From a virus (Duplodnaviria; Heunggongvirae; Uroviricota; Caudoviricetes): a stretch of DNA of 64,000 nt. Each line of letters opens with the position of its first letter. Position 1 is the first letter of the stretch. The DNA lies in the IMG/VR virus record IMGVR_UViG_2917886563_000007. One strand, 5' to 3'. A program made the translations under genes and the position numbers. This document shows, in pieces, positions 54,698 through 64,000 of the stretch. The notes under the pieces were generated by a model. That model was given only the letters and a program-made list of their open reading frames with translations, searched no databases and had not been told where the DNA came from.

Positions 54698-55169
54698 CTC
54701 TATGAAGTCTTTTTTTATTTTGTATTACTGACAACACTTTCTCTTTATTTAACACTCTACCATAATACGAGGTTCCATCATTGCAGTGTGCGTATATCTC
54801 ATTGAAGTAAACGGATGCTCCTCGCCAATCAGCGAAGCTCAAGGACTCCCCGCTCAGGTGGTTATGATGCAATACAAAGTTAGGCCGATTACTGATTGAG
54901 TCCAGCAATGCTGAAGAGGGATTTGCTCGATTCTCTAGTTTTTCTGTACTGAATTCGAGTAGCGGACCTTTAGGGCAATGAAGTGAAGCAGAGTATTCCC
55001 AGCGTGCACACTCACCGGCTTCGACTAACAATAGTGCGGTTATTTGTTCTAAGTCAGTCATGTTTCTTAACATGCTTAGCTCCCATAGCTTATTGACTAA
55101 TGTATATCGGCAACACGACTCCACATCTTGAGATATCTCTTCATTTTTTGAATCCAGATGTGAGCACAA
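54687..55169 (-). CDS. Hypothetical protein with a divergent JAB/RadC-like HNH..S..D motif
   Basis: 160-aa ORF; motif LHHNHLSGESLSFAD with an upstream Glu (LLVEAGE); the match to JAMM/RadC is imperfect (one residue short). Confidence 0.4.
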   Translation of the reverse strand: MCSHLDSKNEEISQDVESCCRYTLVNKLWELSMLRNMTDLEQITALLLVEAGECARWEYSASLHCPKGPLLEFSTEKLENRANPSSALLDSISNRPNFVLHHNHLSGESLSFADWRGASVYFNEIYAHCNDGTSYYGRVLNKEKVLSVIQNKKRLHRDEC

Positions 55170-55508
55170 TCGTTTAGTTGCATCTTTATTACTTTTTTCA
55201 CACTAGGTATGTCAATTTATAACGAAATTTAAACTTCCGCTCTTCGCTCATAGCAGACATTCACTACAGTTATGGCAGAAAGGTATGCATGTTGGGTGTG
55301 GGGAAGTAGTGAAAGAAAAGAAGACTGCTGAGCCGTTTGTCGTCACGTTTATCTTCATTGGCTATGCGAGTCGTAATACAAGATGGGACAAAACTGAGAC
55401 ACATAAGGCCTCACAATGGCTTGCAAGGCTTTACATGTTTTGATGTGGTGGGACGTGTGAGCGCAGTGTTGATGGGGTAATGCTTTGAATTAGAATCGGA
55501 TTCTTATA

Positions 55509-55556
55509 ATTCGTAATGCGAAGGTCGTAGGTTCGACTCCTATTATCGGCACCATC
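55509..55556 (+). repeat. tRNA-Thr 3' fragment, second direct repeat (attR of lambdoid prophage)
   Basis: attcgtaatgcgaaggtcgtaggttcgactcctattatcggcaccatc repeats the 9834-9884 sequence; no tRNA 5' half upstream. Confidence 0.8.
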
Positions 55557-57656
55557 AAGAAAATCAATAACTTAGCTTAACTTCTCTAAGAAATTGTATC
55601 TTCTGTTATCACTTACAAACGCCTATACGTTGTTATGGGCTTTGGTAGTGTAACACGTATGGGCGAGTAGTTCCCAGGCTCAACCTCGTAACAAGTTCCT
55701 TTGAAGCTGGAAGACGTGCCACCGTCTCTAAACCTTCTACCAAAACTCTTAGCAAGATGTTCCACACCTGGCGCGGTGTCCAATGATGCTACACGTCGTG
55801 AGACGTTGCAGAGGATAAACAGGCTAAATGATGGGAAGAGTTTTAAGTGCAATAGTGGATTAAAGCCCACCTCTTCAAAACCTAACTTGATCGGGAAAGA
55901 ATCAAGCTCTAGCACGGTTTCGTCCACCGGAGTACAACGGGTGCCTGATAAGAGAAGAACTGCTAAGACTTCATAGCTTTTGTGAAAAAGCCCTTTTTAG
56001 TGGATACGCCTACGGCGCTTATTTTTTGGTATAACCATCAAAGGCGCTTTATGGCTCCTATTGTCTTGAAAATGTATCTTTACTTGTATTGTGTTTTATG
56101 CGTAGTCTCCCTGTGTAGTATGTAACTTGTTAATTTTCATATGAATACAGAGGCACACGATGAAAAACATTGCAGCTATAAAACGTAATAACCGCAAGAT
56201 TCACGCTCGTAAGTTCCTGTCTACGCCAGAAGGAAAAGCCTGGCTAGAGCGTAAACAGAGAGAGAACGAAGAAAGAAAACTCCTTAGTGAGTTGAAATGG
56301 CTTAGAGAGGATTTCTGAAAATCTCCAGAACGCAACAGGACGCATTCTAACGCTGTTTTCATTGCTTGGTATAGGAATGTACAGGTGATGTGTGTTTAAT
56401 GCGTCTGTGAGCTTGTTTTGTGCCTTATTTTGCATTTTCATAATGCAGAAGAGAACACGGAAAGCCTTAAAATTAATTATTGGGGTATTTAAGGCTATTT
56501 TCAGGGTATTTAAGGGTATTAAACTTGATTTAATTGATTAAAATATAAACAGATAGTTCTGTATCTTATTGATTTATAAGGTTGTTTTTAAATAAAGGTA
56601 AATAAAAAATAAATAGCCATAAATAGCTATAAATACATCTAAATACCTATATCCCTTCCCTTATGGCTAGATTGCGAGAAGTGCTTAACGCGATTTTCAG
56701 CGCCCCCCGATCTGGAAAATCCAGAATCCCCAAATATCAGCAAGGAATTTTCTTGCGTAATCAACATCGTTTTTACCTATTAAATCATTACACAGAAAGC
56801 CTTTCTGTAATGTCTCTCACTAAACTTTCACTAAACACGAGAATGATCGGTTTTATGTCGGATCAGATGCTAGAAACAGCACCACGTCTCACAAGGGCTG
56901 TAAGCGATGAAACCAGTGTTTATGCGGGTGCAGGTCAAAATATAGGCCAAAATCCATTTAACATAATAAACGTAATATGCACTAAGGAACACATAGAACG
57001 CCTTGAATTGATGTATCAGGGGAAAAGTGATGGATTTTTTACGTAGGAGCACGAGAGGGCTTATGTTGACTTTTGTATGCTATGAAATATAATTAAAGGT
57101 TTTTTTTGTTTTTATCGTGTGATGTAGTGGATTACACAGGGGAATAGATTAAATGGTGTTCTGTTTATACAGGTTTATTTGTTAGATCAACAATTTGGCA
57201 TTTCTAAACAGATGTTTGAACGTTGCCAAATGTCTTGACAACACAAGAAAAGGGCTTGCTATGCCACGCATTACACGAAATAAGGCTGTAAAAACAAAAT
57301 AAATTTTAAAATTTGCACAAACGAGAAAACTCGTTCAGAAACAAGCAGAACAATTTTTAGCCAACAATTTCTGATGGTGTGCTGTAAGCCGCATCACACA
57401 AGGTTTTGCGAAAGTGATGTAAAAGTGAAGAAAGTAAGAATTGCACTTTTAAGCTGCTTTTCATTGAATTTTTTAGTATGGAATTACACAGGGAATAGAG
57501 AGCATTATTCTATGATTTACACAGGGAATATAGGGGGATTATGGCACACACATAGAAAGGCATTACACAGGGTGAGTGCTATGTGATGATTGGTAGTAAC
57601 GGTAGGTCACTGTGAGCTACCCCCTATCAAGTCTAACAGGGGTTTATATGTAGTGG

Positions 57657-58874
<1,218 letters not shown>

Positions 58875-58885
<11 letters not shown>

Positions 58886-59681
58886 AATTTACTATGCCAC
58901 TACAGAGATACTTCCTACGACCTTGATCACCCATCATCGAATCGACGCCGCTTCTATAGGCCCATTCTGTAATGTTGTTCATCTGGTTAACGTCTACACC
59001 GCCCAGCTTCGCACGGCTATACAATTCACCCAGCGTTTCAGCATTCGCAAAGCTGTTAGTAACAAATTCAGAGGCTTTGCTCATAGCCATATACGTAGCG
59101 CCAGCGCCTAAGCCACCCAGCATAACAGCCGCAGCACCGCCGCCAATACTCCCGCTACCCTTAACAGGTGCATAGGCTTTAGCGTGAGCGTTACGATTGC
59201 CATTAATCTTACGTTGTTGCTGTTGTAGGCGTTTCATTTGGCTATTCATACGTGCCAGACTAATAGCTCCTCTTTCATATTGGAGGGCAATTTCTCTAGC
59301 CTGTGCAATAGCTTTATATTGTTCCGCTACAGAAAGGCGGTGCAATGCACTAATGCTTGATCCAACGTCTAAAAGCTTTAATTCTGCCTTCTCTTTGCGT
59401 GCTGCCAGGGCTTTTTGTTCTCTTGCAACTACACGTTGAGCGGCTAATTGTGCTTTAGCATTAGCTTTATCAGCCTGTTCTTGCTTTTTAGCAATATCGT
59501 CTACGTCTTTTTTTGCTTTAGCGGTTGATTGTTTATGTGTCTTAACACGCAATTCTATATCTTTCACCGCCGCCATTTGTTTACGAAGTTTTTCTACTTC
59601 TGCTTTTGCTTTCTCTAATGATGGTCGATCAACCTGGAAGGTGACAACGTTTGATAAGCGGCTGACGTTAAGTTCTAACAT
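58875..59681 (-). pseudogene. Phage structural gene (tape-measure-like, coiled-coil, Lys/Ala-rich) truncated by the IS3-family insertion
   Basis: 268-codon ORF running from 59681 into the IS end, where the frame terminates; no continuation on the other side of the IS. Confidence 0.5.
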
Positions 59682-59715
59682 GCTAATTGTTTCCCTGTAT
59701 TATGATTGTTGTTTA

Positions 59716-59913
59716 TTATTGTTTTTTAGAGCAATAGTATTGAATTGCTTCGAAAGTGCTGCACCCAGTCTGAAAGACACGCTGGCGCACATTATTTGCA
59801 TCAATTTCTAAAAGGCGGCAAAGCGCCGATGTGTTTATAACTGATTCCTCGCTAATAGCTGCCAGTTCTTTTACAGCCTTAAGAATAAAGGATTGTGGGT
59901 TTTCTGTATTCAT
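59716..59913 (-). CDS. Hypothetical small protein
   Basis: 65-aa ORF between the capsid-like gene and the disrupted gene. Confidence 0.35.
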   Translation of the reverse strand: MNTENPQSFILKAVKELAAISEESVINTSALCRLLEIDANNVRQRVFQTGCSTFEAIQYYCSKKQ

Positions 59914-60064
59914 TGGTTTTCTCTCACATACATATTTTTATTTGGGTTTGTAGACAGTAGAAAAACAAAAAGGGCAAAGAGATTCGTTACTGTATTTGCG
60001 CCTACAGGTTAGTTAATCCCTTTACCCTTATTGCCCCGATGGGGAATCGTCTATTAACGCTTTA

Positions 60065-61096
60065 TTACGCAGCAGATCCGAAGATGATAGCTTGCGGAAT
60101 GTTGTTTACTGGCAGATAAGATGTCTCAGTAACCACAGATGGGAATTGGAATTCATCCTTGATTAGATATTGGTGATGCAACACGGCATCTTGACCTAAC
60201 TCAGCATGACGCACACCAACGCCGCTATGAAGCTGGTAACACTGTGCCGCTTTATCCATTACCGGAACAATTGCGAAACCGTTCTCTCCGATGTGAGCAA
60301 CAATCTCAGGAAACATTGACACATCAATAACAGTGATCCCACCAATCTGGAAAGAGTCATAGGCTGGGTTAGAATCAACCATACGGGTAAACAGGGCCGT
60401 AGCACTCGCATCGCCTGCATATTTCACCATGTCACTGATCAGCGGGTTAGATGACAAACCATCAGCAGCAGCGCCAGCAGCAAAGATAATTACACCAGTT
60501 CGCTTTGCAGCAAGACCAGACCCCAGCTTTTCACTCTGTAAGCGCACCGCTTTACGAATAGCAAGGAACGGGTTAACAGTAGTCGATGCAAAGTCGATAG
60601 CGGGTACCGTGGTTTTAGCCTGACCGTCGAGGAAGTCGAGATCACCTTGTCCGGCATATTCAGATTCAACTTTCAGGCCCAGCAGCGCGGTAATCAGATC
60701 CACTTCAACACGGTTTGCGTGTGAACGGTAATGAGCCTCAGAGAAATCATTAACCGCTACCAGCATAGCATCAGAACGGTTTGGATATTGGCGGCTGTAT
60801 TGTTCCAGGTCACGAGAAGTAACAGCGTTAATACTGCCGACGTGTTTCATCTGGAAAAGTTTGTTTGACCATTCCTGACGTTTAGAGGCGTTCCAGTCGC
60901 TTTGAGCGTAAGGCGAGGTTTCCCCAGCTACCTGCACAAACTGATCAATCAGGTCGGTAAGAAGAATGCTGTTTTCTGTATGATATTGCACATCGAACAG
61001 ATCGAGATTAGTAATCAGGGTATTAAGTGCATTCTCATAAGCAAAAGGAGTTACTACCGCAGTATTAACGCCAAAATATGTTGATAAATCATTCAT
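60065..61096 (-). CDS. Putative major capsid protein (lambda E-like size and context)
   Basis: 343-aa ORF directly downstream of a ~127-aa gene, the same arrangement as lambda D-E; no direct sequence match recalled. Confidence 0.4.
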   Translation of the reverse strand: MNDLSTYFGVNTAVVTPFAYENALNTLITNLDLFDVQYHTENSILLTDLIDQFVQVAGETSPYAQSDWNASKRQEWSNKLFQMKHVGSINAVTSRDLEQYSRQYPNRSDAMLVAVNDFSEAHYRSHANRVEVDLITALLGLKVESEYAGQGDLDFLDGQAKTTVPAIDFASTTVNPFLAIRKAVRLQSEKLGSGLAAKRTGVIIFAAGAAADGLSSNPLISDMVKYAGDASATALFTRMVDSNPAYDSFQIGGITVIDVSMFPEIVAHIGENGFAIVPVMDKAAQCYQLHSGVGVRHAELGQDAVLHHQYLIKDEFQFPSVVTETSYLPVNNIPQAIIFGSAA

Positions 61097-61110
61097 TATT
61101 ATTTTCCTTG

Positions 61111-61494
61111 TTAAGTCGTAGGGATCGCAAGTTCTTCATAACCAGCAATTACAAAGCCGAGAGATTGCAGTTTTGCAATAACACTTGCCTTTTCCATACT
61201 GTTAAATTCAATCCCATCTTCAGCCAGAATAACGAAAGTAGGATGTGCAACCACTATGCTTTCCTGTCCTTCATAAGCCGGTTCAACTGCTACGTGAGCT
61301 ATATCAGAAGCGGTTGTTGCTTTGGTGCCATCGGCTTTCAGCAAAGCCCCGACAATAAGATCGTCAGTGAGAGGTGAAGCCAGTTTGACGAGGCGATCTT
61401 GCAGCACTGGATCAGCAGCGTAAGCTACTACCTTACAGCGTGAACGGGAGTTATCCGCATTCACTGCTTTTAATTTTCCATATGGGTTAGCCAT
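61111..61494 (-). CDS. Putative head decoration/scaffold protein
   Basis: 127-aa ORF immediately upstream of the capsid-like gene. Confidence 0.35.
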   Translation of the reverse strand: MANPYGKLKAVNADNSRSRCKVVAYAADPVLQDRLVKLASPLTDDLIVGALLKADGTKATTASDIAHVAVEPAYEGQESIVVAHPTFVILAEDGIEFNSMEKASVIAKLQSLGFVIAGYEELAIPTT

Positions 61495-61498
61495 AAGA

Positions 61499-61738
61499 TT
61501 ATTTTCCTTTCAGTTGTTTAATTTTAGATTTAAGGGCATCAGCAAGACTAACCGCATCAGCCGATTTAAATAATTGAGCAGTGGTAGAACGAAGACTTTC
61601 GGGAGTAACTCCCAACAGTGCGGCAACCTTAATGAGGTTTTCATCACTAACAATCATCGTTTCCCCGTCTTTGCTGATAATCATTTCTTGTTTCATAAAT
61701 AACGTTCCTGTTAGTGCCAGACAAATAAAAAGCCCCAA
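61499..61738 (-). CDS. Hypothetical small protein
   Basis: 79-aa ORF (likely start MKQEMIIS) coupled to the downstream gene. Confidence 0.35.
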   Translation of the reverse strand: MGLFICLALTGTLFMKQEMIISKDGETMIVSDENLIKVAALLGVTPESLRSTTAQLFKSADAVSLADALKSKIKQLKGK

Positions 61739-62680
61739 TGCCGTAAGAGGTTAATTCTGACCAGCAAAGGGGCTTTAACGTGCGGGCAATTACATAATTG
61801 ATAAGTTAAACTATAAGAGGATTAAACATATCAGCAAATACACTTTTTAAATATACTTGATGATATGCTTAAAGGGTGAATAGATACTCCTGAAAACATG
61901 CTCTTAGGAAAACATGCGGAATCAATCAGGAATATCTATTCGGGGCGCGGTGGCCAACCGCTATCTTTCATGGTGTGGATGCACCAGTCAGATTTTAAGG
62001 AATCACTATTCCAATCTACTCACAGATTAAATTTTTAATAATGATTAACTACACCAACAGTAATCTACCGTTTCAGAAAATCGTTTTTACAACCAAAGCT
62101 TATAGATCCGCATTCTATAAAACCCGTTTTGCTATCAATATTTCCAAAGTTTATTGCACCATTCTTAGCTAAACTCTCTCTGCTTGCGGCTAACGCTATG
62201 CAGATGATTGTTTTTGACAACAACTTAATAGATTATTCTGTTACTAACTTCTGTCATTAAATAATAGTTTAATGATGTTAGTAAATAGTTATAAAATATA
62301 ACTATCAGTGTAAGGCTCTTTAATGTTTTCTGACAAAATAAGGAGCTTTAGGATAAGCATAGATGAAAAATAAGAGCGGGAAGGGCAAGGAGATAACACC
62401 TACCCGCTTTTATCAAAATTAAGCACAATGCCTAACAACATTCATCAACACAACGTAGAAACAATCAACAATCAAAGAGGGAGTTATGATTATTCTAAAA
62501 CTTCTTGAGAGATGGAAGGTAATATTTGTTAGAGGTTAATGCCACTCAACCTTTGAGGCTATCACCTTCCATATGCAGGGATTTATGACAGTAGAAGGAT
62601 TAACACCAGTCAAAACCTTTTTATCTACCCCTAATATCATTATATAATGATATCGTTATAAATGCAAATGATTTTCATTA

Positions 62681-62989
62681 TCACTTAGAAGAAATAGCAC
62701 TTTTTGCTAAATCATCTACTAATTGCTGAATCTCTTCACTTGCAGCCTTTAACGTGCTGGCGGTGTATGTGATGATTTGAGTGCACAGCCTGGCATCGTC
62801 CTCTGATAGCTCTAAATCGCTCACCAGAGAGATAAAATCGTCAAGGCTTACATTCACCTTCATTAAGCTAATAACGCATTGAGAGAGCGTGTAATCGCAT
62901 AAATCTGAATAGGCTTGATTTATTCTTGTTTGTAGTGAGATAGTCAGATCTAAAAGTTGTTCCATTGCATTGCTAATATCTTCTTCCAT
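62681..62989 (-). CDS. Hypothetical protein
   Basis: 102-aa acidic ORF, AT-rich. Confidence 0.35.
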   Translation of the reverse strand: MEEDISNAMEQLLDLTISLQTRINQAYSDLCDYTLSQCVISLMKVNVSLDDFISLVSDLELSEDDARLCTQIITYTASTLKAASEEIQQLVDDLAKSAISSK

Positions 62990-63234
62990 TATGCGGCTTC
63001 TCCTTGTAATGCATCATTAATCATATTCAATACGATGTTAAAAGGTGTCTTGAGCGTCAGCACTTCATCACGATAACGCTCTAATGCTTCGTAGTCTTCT
63101 GTTTCTTTTGCCAGTCGGATTAACTCAGCATAGTTTTTTGCATCAGACAGGATCATCTGAAATAATTGTGTTTCTTGAATATAGCCAATCATTATTTTTC
63201 CTTTTTCGAATATTTTCATTGGGCGCTTATACAT
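62989..63234 (-). CDS. Hypothetical protein
   Basis: 81-aa ORF coupled to the downstream ORF. Confidence 0.35.
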   Translation of the reverse strand: MYKRPMKIFEKGKIMIGYIQETQLFQMILSDAKNYAELIRLAKETEDYEALERYRDEVLTLKTPFNIVLNMINDALQGEAA

Positions 63235-63249
63235 ACACCCATCATTTTA

Positions 63250-63633
63250 TTAGTTAGAACGTTTGTTAGAAGCTAATGTATCTTCTAAATGAGCCATCAG
63301 ATCGACTTCCGATGCACCACCTACACAATTATTGAAAGCGTTAAATCCCAAAAAATGATGATAGGAGCTAAACCCTAAAAGCTGCCAACGTTTCAGAGTG
63401 CCATCAGAAATGATAGTTTGTTTTCTTGTTCTTGGGCGAAAGTAAACGCCTGGCATTGACTGGATTATTTCTAATTCTTCATCGCTTAATTCAGGGGATT
63501 CTGCTTCAAGAATAAATATTATCTCTTCCCCTGGAATTTCGTTATTGGTGTGTGTCGGTGGACGTTGTCTTGTTGAATTGAAGTTACTGTTTTTTTCAAT
63601 ACGTTTTAAGTTGTTCTTTTTCTTTCTTCCCAT
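63250..63633 (-). CDS. Hypothetical protein
   Basis: 127-aa ORF with basic N-terminus MGRKKKNNLKRIEKN. Confidence 0.35.
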   Translation of the reverse strand: MGRKKKNNLKRIEKNSNFNSTRQRPPTHTNNEIPGEEIIFILEAESPELSDEELEIIQSMPGVYFRPRTRKQTIISDGTLKRWQLLGFSSYHHFLGFNAFNNCVGGASEVDLMAHLEDTLASNKRSN

Positions 63634-63730
63634 TTTTCCCTCTTTTTATGTGGATTATAAAAACTGGACGCCATTGTTACGATGAATATCGCCATAAATG
63701 CATTTGCCATATGTATTGCCCAATCTGTTG

Positions 63731-64000
63731 TTATTGATTGTTTGTGATAAACAATTCAAAATCTTTGTTTAATTTCAAAAGACGAAATGTAGTGCTGTTA
63801 ATCCCTTCATAATCCAGCACACCGAACGATGTAAAATGGTTTAACCAATGATTCACATGTTGTGCGCTGTAGCCGCCTAAACTACAAAAGCTAACCACTG
63901 TCGGGGGTGAGAACTCTATGTCCAAGACAGCTTTTAAAATGTGGTATCCGCTCTCAGTTATTTCAATAGTTTTGTTTCCTATAGTGATGTTATAAGTCAT
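63731..64000 (-). CDS. Hypothetical protein (may extend beyond window end)
   Basis: 89-aa ORF whose start codon sits exactly at the window edge. Confidence 0.3.
   Translation of the reverse strand: MTYNITIGNKTIEITESGYHILKAVLDIEFSPPTVVSFCSLGGYSAQHVNHWLNHFTSFGVLDYEGINSTTFRLLKLNKDFELFITNNQ

Noticed and set aside
55613-55976. Two mutually overlapping ORFs (104 aa minus, 91 aa plus) immediately after the second att repeat
   Set aside because: They overlap each other on opposite strands, lack convincing start signals and show no family resemblance; more likely noncoding remnant DNA at the element boundary.

Overview
Enterobacterial (E. coli-like) chromosomal segment built from three tandem mobile elements at a tRNA-Thr (thrW-type) attachment site. 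All calls come from reading the sequence and the ORF track and from remembered protein families; no database search was run. (1) 1-9833: the integrase-proximal part of a P4/CP4-57-like integrative island (DUF932-like and YfjP-type GTPase genes, YfjJ- and YfjI-like genes, AlpA, P4-type integrase). Its variable cargo slot holds a single ~1020-aa gene encoding an N-terminal PHP phosphoesterase fused to an SbcC/Rad50/OLD-like ABC ATPase with a long coiled coil. This is my best candidate for the novel (defence-type) system. (2) 9834-55556: an apparently complete ~45.7-kb mosaic lambdoid prophage bounded by two direct copies of the tRNA-Thr 3' end. It carries P22-type int/xis, lambda Red, a CI/Cro immunity region, O/P replication with ori iterons, a DLP12-like nin region with rusA, Q, a phage-21-like lysis cassette, cos, and a lambda-like Nu1-to-J head/tail operon with stf and a second tail fibre. 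Cargo follows (LysR regulator, MDR oxidoreductase), then an AT-rich cluster of unknown genes next to attR. (3) 55557-64000: an AT-rich cryptic phage-like remnant with iteron-like repeats, an IS3-family insertion disrupting a structural gene, and a capsid-like gene block. Other flagged unknowns are a lipoprotein in the rex position downstream of cI and an AT-rich nin-region insert. No CRISPR array, rRNA or intact tRNA was seen.
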